In this document: positions 27,150 to 40,227 of the stretch, piece by piece | How positions within the stretch are numbered: position 1 is the stretch's first letter | Layout: each line of letters starts with the position of its first letter | NCBI GenBank assembly: GCA_028023455.1 | Contig: JAQFVV010000006.1 | Coordinates: 5,828,001 to 5,892,000, forward strand | Direction: 5' to 3' | Length of the DNA stretch: 64,000 nucleotides | DNA from: Epiperipatus broadwayi | Taxonomy: Eukaryota; Animalia; Onychophora | Notes under the pieces: generated by a model | The model's database searches: none | What the model saw: the letters and a program-made list of their open reading frames with translations, nothing else | Told to the model about the DNA's origin: nothing | Translations under genes and position numbers: made by a program

Positions 27150-28580
27150 GAACATCATGTGACTTTAAACCATTAAGCATCACATGATCACATTTCCTAT
27201 ATTAGCACATTTAATTGTTGATAAACAGAGCAAAACTCTCCATAGAGTATTTCCACCTGTGCTAAACAGAGTAATCAATGGATGCCAGAAGGCTTGTGCA
27301 TAAAATCCCTATCTAATGCCTACTCATCCAATATCCCCAGACTAGTTTCTGGATTGTGGCTTTCGTCAGTGAGGAGCTTTGGATCTGAGAGCACTGCATC
27401 TAGATCTTAGGATCTAATGCAACCCTCTAGCAACCACCTTTTATCTCTACTTAACTACTAAACTATGAGAATGAAATTGAAAACACAAAAAATATTTTCA
27501 ATCTAAGCTCAATAGCTTAAATAGTCATATGGGTCTGAACTCAGTTCAGCACCCATACATTTTGGTGTCTTTTGGCTCTTTTACAACCATAGCCACCACT
27601 ATCCTATTAGGCAGGATTGGTGTTAAACCATTAAGCATCACATGATCACATTTCCTCTGTTTATCAACAATTAAATGTGCTAGTATAGGAATTGTGATCA
27701 TGTGATGCTTAATGGTTTAACACCAATCCTGCCTAATAGGATAGTGGTGGCTATGGTTGTGAAAGAGCCAAAAGACACCAAAATGTATGGGTGCTGAACT
27801 GAGTTCAGACCTATATGACTATTTAAGCTATTGAGCTTAGATTGAAAATATTTTTTGTGTTTTCAATTTCATTCTCATAGTTTAGTAGTTAAGTAGAGAT
27901 AAAAGGTGGTTGCTAGAGGGTTGCATTAGATCCTAAGATCTAGATGCAGTGCTCTCAGATCCAAAGCTCCTCACTGACGAAGGCCACAAGCCAAAAACTA
28001 GTCTGGGGATATGGATGAGTAGGCATTAGATAGGGATTTTATGCACAAGCCTTCTGGCATCCATTGATTACTCTGTTTAGCACAGGTGGCAATAGTGTAT
28101 GGATAGTTTTGCTCTGTTTATCAACAATTAAATGTGCTAGTATAAGAAATGTGATCATGTGATGCTTAATGGTTTAACACCAATCCTGCCTAATAGGATA
28201 GTGGTGGCTATGGTTGTAAAAAAGCCAAAAGACACCAAAATGTATGGGTGCTGAACTGAGTTCAGACCCATATGACTATTTAAGCTATTGAGCTTAGATT
28301 GAAAATATTTTTTGTGTTTTCAATTTCATTCTCATAGTTTAGTAGTTAAGTAGAGATAAAAGGTGGTTGCTAGAGGGTTGCATTAGATCCTAAGATCTAG
28401 ATGCAGTGCTCTCAGATCCAAAGCTCCTCACTGATGAAGGCCACAAGCCAGAAACTAGTCTGGGGATATTGGATGAGTAGGTATTAGATAGGGATTTTAT
28501 GCACAAGCCTTCTGGCATCCATTGATTACTCTGTTTAGCACAGGTGGCAATACTGTATGGAGAGTTTTGCTCTGTTTATC
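27150..28580. repeat. HH-A locus: one minus-strand unit inverted against two tandem plus-strand 457-nt units
   Basis: Cores at ~27335-27372 (-), 27974 (+) and 28431 (+); GTC sites at 28001-28003 and 28458-28460; arms >500 bp and nearly identical. Confidence 0.9.
28416..28474 (+). ncRNA. Type I minimal hammerhead ribozyme, family HH-A (best copy)
   Basis: ATCCAA-AGC-TCCTCA CTGATGA A GGC cacaa GCC A GAAA CTAG TC TGGGGA-TA-TTGGAT. Bipartite stem I, stem II GGC/GCC, palindromic stem III ACTAGT, predicted cleavage after C28460. Confidence 0.8.
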
Positions 28581-28814
28581 ATGTGACTTTCTCAGCAATT
28601 GATCATAAAATTAATTTAAAAAGTTAAAAGAGCTCAGAGTTGGGCAAGACATGCTGCTAGAAAAGCTGATATAAAATACAAAAAAACTGGATTCCAAGAG
28701 ATTACAAAAGACCTAAAAAATGATTGCATGAAAAGTGGATAAGTAAGAAAAGGAAAGGAGAACCTGTGAATCTGAGAAAACGGATGCCTATGCTATCCAA
28801 GTGCAGCAATACAG

Positions 28815-29130
28815 TGATGAACTTGAGAAATAAATCTCCTTAGGTCAAAGTTCAAACCTGTCACTACCAATGTTCAAATACTCCCAAAAAAATCTGAATT
28901 GAACTTGAAGACTTTCTCTCAACAGATTGATAATGATTGAAAAAGATGAATTATAATGGTATACGTCTGTGCGCATATACAATGATGAGACTAAGAAATA
29001 AATCTCCTTAGGTCAAAGTTCAAACCTGTCACTTCCGGTGTTCAAATACTCCAAGAAAATCTGAATTGAACTTGGAAGACTTTCAACAGATTACTAATAG
29101 TTGAAAATAATGAAATATAAGATATACTTC
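28815..29130. repeat. ~170-bp tandem duplication
   Basis: agaaataaatctccttaggtcaaagttcaaacctgtcact occurs twice. Confidence 0.8.
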
Positions 29131-31079
29131 CGCGTGTATATACTGAATAAATATTTTGATAACAGTAATCGGATGGTTTATTGTTCGGAAGTCAACGGAA
29201 GTGACGTTTGGATAGCGACCATGGATCTTAAGCTTTAAAATGTGCCATTAGACTGGCGATAAATTTAAATAATTAGATTTCCTAATAATACACATAATTA
29301 ATCATTAAATATCACATTTAAAATCTATTAAAAACCAAATAATGAAAACAATTTTTAAACAGATATTAAAAGGTAATATTATTCTTTTTTTACAATCGTG
29401 AAATCTGACCTAAAATTTTCTTTTTACAAAAATCAGTTTTACAAAATCTAATTGAAAAAGAGAAGTCTAGCAGGAAAAAAAATATGAAAGACTTCAATCA
29501 GAATGGAAAGAAATCATAATAGATAGAGAATAATGTTATATACATGTCTTGAGCATATAGAAAAGAAACTTCAAATGGGAAATGCAGATTTTCTTCTTTT
29601 TTTACTTGAGCAAATAACTCTTAATTTACCATGACAAATTGTAGATAAAAAGAGTTCATAAAAAAGAAACTGAGGGAAATCGCTAATCAATTAATATATC
29701 TTTCAACATTTTACTGATAGTGGCGCCATCAACATGGTATTTTTTTCTTGCTACACCTTAATTTCTTTGTACTCATAATTTAATATTACGAAATTACAAA
29801 TAATTCATAACACGTAGAAATTACTTTATAATTTAATTATATAGTACAATTAATATCAAAATTAATAAATTCTAATTTAAAAAAAAACCAAACGGATGCG
29901 GCTACCCGATTTTTTTTTTACATTAGATGAAATATTGAAAAGAGTCTAAAGGTAACCATCTGCGGCCCTATAACCTACGGTATTAATCCGAGAGTTAAAT
30001 AAAATTATTTTCACTTAACTTTTTTTCTTTCTTGAAGTAGTTGACTTATAATTAACTAACCATCTAATGTTGGTTGGCAAATGGCTATCTAACTGTTTTC
30101 AATCCTATGGTAAAACCAACTTTGAGTAACAATTTCTGAACTTCAACACATGAGAAGAACAGTAAAAAAGGGCATGATCACTATTTTTGCCAAATGCAGG
30201 ATAATAGGGCTTGAGTGCCACTTGTAAAAAATAGCTTCAACCAATATTGGATGAGTGCAACTATGGGCCAATTATCAAAAAAAAAAAAAAAATACTGATT
30301 GTAATATATAAGAAATTTATCTGACTAGGATTCAAATCCAAGTTGTGCAAACAGTGAAAGAGCTTCCCAATTACCAGATAGTGAGAATTTGGGCAATTTT
30401 CCATCCTTATTTTAATGTTTAGCTAAAAATACCTAGATACCTAATTTTTACTGCCCAATATTAGAAGGACTATCAGAGTTAGTTACGGGCCAGTTATCTA
30501 GACAAAAAAAAAGCTTTATTGGAATCTGAAGCAAGTTTCAAATTTTATATGGCTAGGATTCAAACCCAATTATTTATTATTTTTATATTAATTTGTTGAT
30601 ATTATATATTAATAGATTTCAAGAAGCAAGTAAAAATACTTCACTCATTTCTAAAACTCGGCAATAAATAATTCCATCATATATAATATGATAAATAATA
30701 ATTTTATACTGAATAAATATAAAATCATGTGATAATTACCAAGCCTATTCAATTAATAATTACAGTGCCCTCTAGCTCTCGTCTTCAGTAACTTTTTACA
30801 ATAGGAAAATATTTCCTATGTATTATGGATCTTTTTATCATGATTTTATATGTATATCTGTCAGGGATAAAAACTTCATGTATTGAACACAATGAGTGTA
30901 TAGAAGAATTCATTAAAAAGTTCAAAAGCTTTAATAAAAATTCAATTTTAAAAATTCAATAAAATATGTAAATATTTAACCTCACTAAATCGATCCAACA
31001 AGTCGCACATATAATAGTGTCATAAGATCAATAAGTACATTAGTATATATAAACTATTTTGACAAACGTAAAAAAAAAA

Positions 31080-31630
31080 AATTCTCTAAACTATTTTGAT
31101 AAACATAAAAAAAGAAGAATGAACTATTCGAACTCATTTTTTCTATGGAATTTCTGTTGACTTTCAATTTTTTTAACAACAGTTGAACTGTTTTTATATA
31201 AGGCAAATAATGAGTTTGACCATCGCATTATTCATTGATTATAAGAAGTTCAAACAATGCTAAAATGTAATTTAAAGTTAAAACTTAAGAATGTTAAAAG
31301 CATTTGGAATATCTCGATAATGTATTATCTATACTTAAACTAGTCACAGTTGATTAAAAAATAAAAGAGTTCCATACTTTTTCTCTAAACTATTTATCCA
31401 AACATAAAAAAAAGAATGAACAATTCAAACTCATTATTTTTTGTATGGAATTTTGCCTTCAATTTTTTTTACCAACAGTTGAATTGTTTTTATATAAGGC
31501 AAGTAAGGAGTTTGATCATCGCATTATAAAAAGTTCAAACAATGCTAAAATGTAATTAATAGTTCAAACTTAAGAATGTTAAAAGTATTTAGAAAAAAAA
31601 AATCTTGATAATGTATTCTCTATACTAACT
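31080..31630. repeat. ~300-bp tandem duplication
   Basis: ttctctaaactattt...aagttcaaacaatgctaaaatgtaatt occurs twice. Confidence 0.8.
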
Positions 31631-31920
31631 GATTTACAGATAGATAAGAAAGTTCCAGGTTTTTCAAGATGTATGTAATATGAATAGATTAGCTATTATG
31701 TAAATATTGTTGTAGCAAGTAAAATAAAAACATTATTAAAAAAAGATGTAGTGTGCTGTGCTCTAAAAAAAGTCACACTTCAACACTGATATGTGTGTAT
31801 TTTGATGCTAAGAGTTTTAAATTTGAATAGTTAAAATATTTTAGACTAGAGGTATGGCAAACAATCATGAAAATATGCTATTATATTTTCTTTTGCTTCT
31901 ATGTATTGTATATCTATGTA

Positions 31921-32370
31921 TGAGGTGTGACAATTTAATTCCTGGAATGCATCTTTTTAAAATGGAAGTATACACTAGTGGCCACAGTCACCTTTAAAGT
32001 AGTCCCTTTGTGCATCTAAGCACTGATTAAAATGGCATTATGATTTCTGGAAGCACACCTGGAAAATCATTTTTAGGAATATAGTAGGGCAGCTGTCTCA
32101 CATTCTGTTGGATATCAGTTACAATAGATGATTTTTATCCTTATAGAGCAGTTTGTAATTGTGAAAATAATCAAAAATCACAGAGAACTAAGTCAGGTGA
32201 GATGGTCTAGTTATGTAATTGAATTTTTTGGCCAAAATGTTGCCCACAATAAATGCACTATGTCTTGGCACAAACTTTTCATAAATTGTTCTCATGCCCA
32301 ATTCTTTATTCAAAATTAATCTGATTGTTTATTGATTAATCTGCAATGCTTTAGCTATCAATCTTACACT
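31921..32370 (-). mobile_element. Partial copy of the same mariner family
   Basis: Identical TIR start tgaggtgtgacaatttaattcctggaatg; the interior is the reverse complement of 18100-18550. Confidence 0.8.
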
Positions 32371-32489
32371 TAATCATCTCTTAGACCATGTACATTAATG
32401 TCAGTCATTGTTGTTTTTAGCTGCCTGCTTCCGAGATCATCAGACAGACCTCTTCCATTTTTAAACCTCTTATGCTCTCAAACATATAT

Positions 32490-33130
32490 TATGTATAGTC
32501 ACACTGTATTGGCGAAACCAGTCATCCCAGGAAAAGCACTTGCAAGAATACAAACTGATGATTAGAAGATAAAAAAAATAGAATGTGTATAAGATAGCAG
32601 ACCATGTATATACCAATGAACATATGTTCAATTGGGAAAATACAAACATATTGGATAGAGAAGAAAAGATGCAAAGAATAAAATTTAAAGAAGCTGCTCA
32701 CATGACAATGGCATACATCCCATAAGTCAACCTAGTGTGACTATACATAATGCATGGAAACCACTAATCAACTTTGCTTTTAAGAAAAAAATGGAGAAAT
32801 CAAGGGAAACCTCATAGAGAAGTATATGAAATTTCTACTGACTTGTGCCTTTGGCAGGATGGCTCAGTTGGTTAGAGTCTTAACCTTAAATACTAAAAAA
32901 AAATCTAAGAGTCCAGGTTCGAATCCCATGCTAGTACTGTCACTGGTTAGGCCAGAACTCCTGAAGAAGAGGAGAAAATAATACCACTCGCAATGTTGTG
33001 CATATACTAACCTATGTGCTATTACTAACAGTTGAATGTATTTATAATATTTAAATAAAGTTTTTTTTTCTAAATACATTCAATACTTATATTAGATGAT
33101 AGAAATAGTCTAATATATAAATACAACAAG
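32490..33130 (+). mobile_element. Penelope-like element 3' fragment: GIY-YIG C-terminal remnant + tRNA-like module + HH-B hammerhead + AATAAA
   Basis: CIGET at ~32504, KIADHVYTNEHMFNWENTNILDREEKMQRIKFKEAAHM from 32591, frameshifted PISQPSVTIHNAWKPLI; A/B boxes at 32855-32930; CTGAAGA at 32961. Confidence 0.85.
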
Positions 33131-34489
33131 TGGAGTTTATTTAATACATTTATAATATCATGAAAATTGAATTGCCTCCCCCCCCCCCAATGGGTTAGTG
33201 AAACTGTGGATATTATATAAATGTGGGTGTAGGAGATGAGTGTAATGTTTTTATATTCTCTAAAATGGCAGAGCAACTGGAAAAATATCCGACATATACA
33301 AAAATCGATTTAAGTAAAAAACTGTGAAAAGATTTCTCATCTATGTATAGAGAGAGATACACGCCCATTATTAATTTAAAAAAAAAAGTAAATCTCAGAA
33401 AGAACGATCATGCTTTGGCAGTCTAAATTAGTTTGAACAAGGCTTGGAACAATCAATTCATGAAGATTCACATATGTATTAAAACGTGTAACTCTCAGGA
33501 CACATCTTGAATATTAATGCTACAAAGTTTTATTTCAGTCCAAACTTATTTATAGTCGTAAAAAAAAATATATTCTCTACCTTTTTTTTTTAAATGAAGC
33601 TTTTTCATTAATTTGTTAGATGATTTTTTAACTTTAAATTAAAAGAAAATTTCATAATTTCTTTTTTTATACTTTTGCATATTTTAAATTATTGCTTCAC
33701 ATGTTTTACAAATTTGATTAATTTGATGCAAATAGAAAAGAAGTGAAGCATATTGTTGTTGTACGAAAATGAATTAACTCTTATCACAATGTTACTTTCT
33801 AATTTTTCCACAACTTTAAATATTGGAGATGTGGAAGAAAGCAAACATCATTTAGAAATGTCATTAGTTACATTTTTATGATTCTAGATGTCACTCAAAA
33901 CAGTTTTATATCCTGTTTATGACATTTCAAGTCAGTTTTATTGATCCAATGATATATATTTTTTTAATTTTCTTGAATTAATAAGTAACAGTTCATTTTC
34001 ACTGGGGGAAAAGTAAACATTTAATGTATTTTTTACTATAAAGTAAATATTTTGCAGCGTTTATTAGGTTGTAAATTTACATATTACGAAAAAATATATG
34101 CAAAATATAAATTACTGTTTATGTACATAATTATCCGTTGGTTTTTATATATATACGTCACCGTATTTTCTTGGTAGGGGTTCTAAAGGTACCTGGATCA
34201 AATAATAACTCTGTCATTTCTGGAACACGAATGTCACATAATTTCCAAAAAGACACAACAATCAATATATATTGCCCTGTGTCATTCAATACAGTAATAA
34301 AGTCGCTGATTCAAGGAGAAAAAAATTGTAGGCCAATTCAAAGCTAAATAAAAACAAATTTCTATACGTTCAATTAAATGAAACTATTGCAATCAATCTA
34401 TTACCAAAGTGCTTGACTATCACGTGAACCAATTAACCATGAGGTCATCCAATTGTTTATTTGCGATGTAGAGAATATCAATAATGAAA

Positions 34490-35150
34490 CAACCTCCATA
34501 CTCCCCCATTCTTTTTAAATTCATATAAATAAAGATTTCGTGCTGAACCAGCACTCATCAGTTGGCCCAGGTCACTATCTTTCATATATATATATATCTA
34601 TTATATGAAGAGTAGTTATCTATAATAAATTGTTACATTTTTATTTACCATTGCCAAACTCACTCCACTCACAACTTTGACACCATCCACCGCAGATAAA
34701 TACAATAATGATTATTACTAATCATTTTCTAAACTAGAGATTATCTAGCACAGATATAAACTTTAAACTTCAGTATTTTTTTAATTTTAAACATACACCT
34801 TTCTCTTTCCCATGCATAATATCTTTGTAGATATATTAAACAATCTTCATACTTCTCCATTCTTTTTAAATTCATATAAATAAAGATACAATAAAGGATA
34901 AATGCTCCCCAAGATGCATTTCATGCTGAACCAGCACTCATCAGTTGGCCCAGGTCACTATCTCTCCTATATATCGCTATTATATGAAGAGTATTTATCT
35001 ATAGTAAATTGTTACATTTTTATTTATCATTGTCAAACTCATTCCACTCACAACTTTGACACTATCCACCTAAGATAAATAAATGCCATAATGATTATTA
35101 CTAATCATTTTTTAAATTAGAAATTATCCCTAGCACATTGAGGTTGTTTA
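34490..35150 (-). repeat. Tandem dimer of the HH-F repeat (383-nt period)
   Basis: Cores end at 34561 and 34944; the left copy has lost stem III and the cleavage site by deletion. Confidence 0.75.
34909..34948 (-). ncRNA. Type I hammerhead HH-F with intact core
   Basis: Reverse complement: CCAA CTGATGA GTGCT ggttc AGCAT GAAA TGCA TC TTGG. Stem II is 5 bp, stem III is the palindrome ATGCAT, stem I is 4 bp. Confidence 0.8.
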
Positions 35151-35673
35151 ATATATCTATAAAGATATTACACATGGGAAAGAGAAAGGTGAATGACTCC
35201 ATGTGTATGTATGTTTAAAATTTTAAAAATCAGATATATTAACCATTTATAAATACTTAATTAGAAAGCATTTAACCTAGAACAAACTACCCCAAGCCAA
35301 GAACTCATGTAATAGTGACAGTCTTATTGCAATTGAAAGGAGAATCCTTTTTCAAATGTCAGAGAACAAATCACTGCAGTTTATGTTATTGATGTAAGAA
35401 ATCAAAGTATAACAGACTTTTTAATTTTCTTACTTATTATAATAAATCTTCCCACTGGTAAGTTTATATGTTGCAATACAATGTTTTAAATGGGTGAAAT
35501 AAGACTGTCAGTGTTAGATAAGCCCTTATCCTGGAACAGTTTGTTCTAGGTTAAGTGTTTTCTAATTAACCTAATTAGAAACCATTTAACATAGAACAAC
35601 TGCCTGTCTGTTTGCTTTATCCCCACATTAAAGATTTCCATCTAAAACATCCATTAAAAATATTGCATTACAA

Positions 35674-35810
35674 TCATCATCAACAACCATTATCAATCCA
35701 TTGCAGGATGAAGGTCCCTCCAAGTTCAATCCATGTTCTCCGATCTTTAGCTTATCCACATCACCCCTGCACACTTTATTTCATCCATCCATCTCACATG
35801 GTCTCTTTCT
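35674..35810 (-). mobile_element. RTE-like 3' end fragment
   Basis: RP.VRWMDEIK.AGV.W...KDRRTWIELGGTFILQWID with a gatgatg tail. Confidence 0.65.
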
Positions 35811-35877
35811 GGGTCTTTTACAATCATTGTTTTACAATAGACAATACAGGTTAGAAATTACACAACATTTTCAGTAG

Positions 35878-36070
35878 TATTATTCTCCACTCTTCTTCAG
35901 GTGTTGCTGGCCTATATGCACAGTGACAATATTCACAGAATAGCTCAGTTGGTAGAGCGTTTGCCTTAAATTCAATATTCAAAAATCTAAAGGTGCAAGC
36001 TCAACTTCTAAGTGAATATTGTCACTGTGCATATAGGTCAGCAACACCTGAAGAAGAGTGGAGAATAATA
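35878..36070. mobile_element. HH-B fold-back with a degenerate tRNA-like loop
   Basis: ~60-bp near-perfect inverted arms containing CTGAAGAAGAG around gaatagctcagttggtagagcg...atctaaaggt. Confidence 0.8.
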
Positions 36071-36359
36071 TTGCTTTACAATATATTTATATAGTACAGA
36101 AAAAATATTTTTATGCAGCAAATCTATCTTAATCCAATTCTACATATAGTATAAGATTAAGTAATCAACTGATGCTTAGATCATAATCTTAATAAATCTC
36201 TATCCAATAGTCAGTTATCCATATCCTCAGATTATCAGCTATTATCTGGAATGCACTGGATTGCCAGAATTACATCAGGAGACATAGATTTGCTGCACAA
36301 AAGTATTGTAAAAATTGTAAATATGTAGTATTTGTTATTTAAAATATATATTTAGTCAA

Positions 36360-36450
36360 GCATTGGTGGCCTAGTTGATAGCATAGCTGCCTTCCAAGCA
36401 GTTGTCCTGGGTTCGCTTCCAGCCTAACGCTTTGACATATGAAAAAATAT
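36360..36450 (+). mobile_element. tRNA-Gly(TCC)-derived SINE or pseudogene
   Basis: gcattggtggcctagttgatagcatagctgccttccaagcagttgtcctgggttcgcttccagcctaacgc parallels tRNA-Gly-TCC with damaged stems; the tail tttgacatatgaaaaa is shared with other copies. Confidence 0.85.
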
Positions 36451-38429
36451 ATATATATTTACAGCATTTATGATACTTTTTGGTATTTTCTAATTGTTAA
36501 TTTTTTTCTTAGTTTTTTAATATATTTTAAATTTCAGGGAAAAAAGAAAATATATACATTGGTATTTTATTGTCTTTTTTTCTGATAAAGCAAACAATTC
36601 AAAAGTATGTTGTGGACTTATTGACAATTAATTTCCATTAGAAATATTTTGAAAAATCATTTCTTCCGTAATTGCAAATTATCCAATAGCATTCAGAGGC
36701 CTAAATGTGGTGATAAAAAAAGGAATTTGCTGCTGTACACTATTATGTAGGCTGAGGTCATGTGATCGTATTTGGTTTTAATCAAATAAAGTACATGTTT
36801 GTGAATATTCTTAATATAGGTATAATTATGATTGGTAATGACTGCATGGTTAAAAAATGGCGAAGATTTCTGAACAGAAGTCTATTTATTACAATACAAT
36901 TCTTTAACTTTCAGTAAATAAAAAATAAATAACTACGGTTTTACTATTCAGGAATTTATGAGAAGTTTGTGTCAAAAGGGCTAGAACTGAAAACAGTTAA
37001 AATACCTTATGCTCCAAAGTTTGATATTTTACCACTGTACCAAACCATAATGGAATTCACTTTCGATGTTCAGACTCCATATGAATTTTTATCAGAACTC
37101 AATTAATAAAATATTCAGATGATTTTGGTAGTCATTTAGTAAACACTCTGGAACTGTTTTAGATGTTTGGGGGAGCCACTGAACAGTTTCTTAAACCTAC
37201 TGAAGATATTAAGTGATCAATTTGATGTATACTTTTGAAAGAAGATATTGGTTTGCAGGTTTTGGTTAAATGACAATCAGAAAGAAATCTATAAAAATAT
37301 ATCTAACACACATTACTTTTATTCAATTTTATTCCAAAGAAGTATCCAAAACACTCTTTTTTCATTTCTGATTCCTTGTTTATTTACCACTTAGGTATTT
37401 TTAGTAGTTAGTGGCTCCCCCAATTGTCTACAAAAGTCCCAGAGTGCCTACTAAATGAGTATCATTATTTTTTGCTGTATTAAAAGAATAATAACTGTAC
37501 ATTATATATACATGTACACACACGTCTATACAGATATATAAGGTGAATATTTTTTACAAGTGTGAACTTAGCAGTCAAAAAAAAAACAATACGAATTTAA
37601 AGTGATTTTTTTTTTTTTGACAAAAAAATTTTGTTGAGAAAAGATTTAGTGGAGTGCAAGAAATACAAATTTATTTAACTCTTTTTAGCTGACATTATTT
37701 CAAACAGTTTGAAATGAAAGAAATTACAGCTGTTTATAAGAGAAGGTGGGCCAGTTGGCACTGACTTATTTACAAAACAGCTATTTAAAAAAACACACAG
37801 AAGACATGATTTTTGTAGCAGTCTAAACATTTATCAATATATCTGTTAATACAGTTGTTTGTATCACTGTCTTTATATGTATAATCTTATTGAATCACTA
37901 CAAATGAGTAATGCCCTCTACTATAGCCCTCATAGATAGATGTAGTGAATGGGACATAAAGTTTGAATAGTTTTTATCTTTGTTTATTCTTTAGTTAAGT
38001 GTATCTAGATATCGAGGTTCCAAATAATTTGAGATGGTGAACTGGGATGAACATTTTCTAGTTATGGGGGGGGGGGCGAACTTGATTAGAACTAGATATA
38101 CTGTAGATGAATTCAAAGTAAGATCATGTAAATGGCAAACAAATATGTTATCATTATATCATAGCCATGTAAAAATATGTTTACTTATATACATATGTGT
38201 TTCCATTACCACTGATATTAACTATTATTTATCTTTTCAACATGTATGTGATCAGGTGGGTCTGCAATATGAGATGGCATGGAGAGTTGAGGGTCATGTG
38301 AAAGTCTGAGTTCGAGTCCCTTATATATTATTGTTATTATTTATTATAAACTACATCAAAATGTGACTTCAACTGTTGTTCACTCATACATATAATCATT
38401 GATTCAATAAATGGGTAATAACGGTAGAG

Positions 38430-39250
38430 GGCACCACTGTTTATTATTAGAAGGAAGATTCGATAGAAATTAGATTGTTTATTAAAAGGGGGTGGTTATT
38501 AGATGAATTAAGATATAATGGTAAAGATGTATATATAAAAGAAAGATATATCGATATTCAAGGATGTAAATAAAGTAAAAGAATACGTGTGAAGACAGAA
38601 TGATGTAGAGATGGAAGAAAGGACCTCTATACAAAGAAAATACAGATATAAATAAATGGGGGAAAATGGATTAGTTAAGAGTAATAGAACTGCATGTTAG
38701 GAATGGGAAAAAATCACATTTTCATAAATGGAAAGTGCTAAATAGATGTGATGAATAAAAAAAAGGGGGGAAGGGAAATAGAGATAATTGCTAAAGAAAA
38801 TACCTTTAAAAATTGTTAAGAAATCATGTAGATTAAATTGAATTTGGGTAAATATGTAATGTATTTATTTACTGGAAACAGGGAAAATAGAAAAGATGAC
38901 TTGAGAGTATTTGTGATTGTTTCTATAGAGATATTAATGAATTTGGAAAAAATAGTTGTAAAATAATGGTGTTGGGTGATTTGAATGGTCATTATTAAAA
39001 GAGGCTATGTGGGAAAGGTGGATTGAAAATTGATAATTTAAATAAATTGTAAGGCAGTGAGTTTACATGGTTGAGACAGAATCCGAAATATAATGTTGAT
39101 TAGGTGTTAGTACATAAAAGTTAGAAAAGATAAAAAAGAATTAAAGTAATTGATGGTCAAGAAAAAGAATGTAATATAGATTATAATTTTGGGTTTGTAA
39201 AATTACAAACATATACCACTGTAATAAAGAAAAGTAATAACGTAAAAAGA
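38430..39250 (+). mobile_element. Highly degenerate LINE endonuclease remnant related to the 23.6 kb family
   Basis: Purine-rich composition, with VLGDLNGH-like (gtgttgggtgatttgaatggtcat) and GGG-like motifs. No open frame. Confidence 0.5.
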
Positions 39251-39412
39251 ATTGTGATATATATTTCAAACTTTGGGTTAAAAAATTCATTTATTGATAA
39301 AAATGGCTAAAAAAAAATTATATATGAAAAAATCAAAAATCAAATGCTTTCATACATAAATATATATAATTAAAATGTCATCCTTACATCACAAATATAT
39401 AATTGCTGTCAA

Positions 39413-39530
39413 GCGTTGTTAGCTGAGAGGTCAGCACAGCCGCTTTGCAAGCAAGCAGTTGTTTGCAGACGGTTGTTGCAGGTTCACCTCCCGGCCAATG
39501 CTATGGCATATGAGAAATATATATATATAT
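39413..39530 (+). mobile_element. tRNA-Gly SINE, insertion variant
   Basis: gcgttgttagctgagaggtcagcacagcc...ggttcacctcccggccaatgc, followed by catatgagaaatatat. Confidence 0.75.
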
Positions 39531-39624
39531 ATAATTGCAAAGATTGAAAAAAACTATACCAATAGTTTCCAATGTGCATGTTAGCCAGCCATATATTTAG
39601 AATGTATTAAACTACTAAACATCA

Positions 39625-39915
39625 CATGATCACCATTCTTTATGCTTACACAAGCTGTTTACACTGAGGCTAAACTCTCCATACAGCTGCACCATTCAGT
39701 GGAAGCCAGAGTAATCAATGGATGCAAGAAGGTTTATTCATAAAATCCCTATCTAGTTCTTTACTCATCCAATATCCTCAGATTAGTTTAGCTAGAAATT
39801 AGTCTGGATGGTAGAATCTAAATAGGGGGTTTTATGCAAAAACCTTCTTGCATCCATTAATTATTCTGGCTTGCATTGAATGGGCTACTGTATGGAGAGT
39901 TTAGCCTCTCTGTTT
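39625..39915. repeat. HH-A fold-back truncated at the core
   Basis: cacactgaggctaaactctccatac ... gtatggagagtttagcctctctg. Confidence 0.75.
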
Positions 39916-40227
39916 AGAATATAATAAATGGCTCCATATATTTTATATATTGAGGTAAAGCAATAGACTCGAGTATAAAATAATGGATTCCGGATTGAAA
40001 CCAAGTGTCAATTCCAATATTTGAATATCATATGACCTCCAAAGAAATTATAAAGATAGCAATTACTATAAATAAGATCATGGGTTTGATTAGAAAAAGA
40101 TGAAACATCTTACAAAAAGAGTGATTGCCATGCACCTATGCACAGATTACAGTAATATTTGAGTTTATCTAAATGAGAATGATTAATAATTATTCATATA
40201 TTCATTAAAAGGTGAATGTTAAACATA

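Noticed and set aside
36360-36430. Functional tRNA-Gly gene
   Set aside because: Acceptor and T stems are disrupted and the tail is shared with SINE copies.
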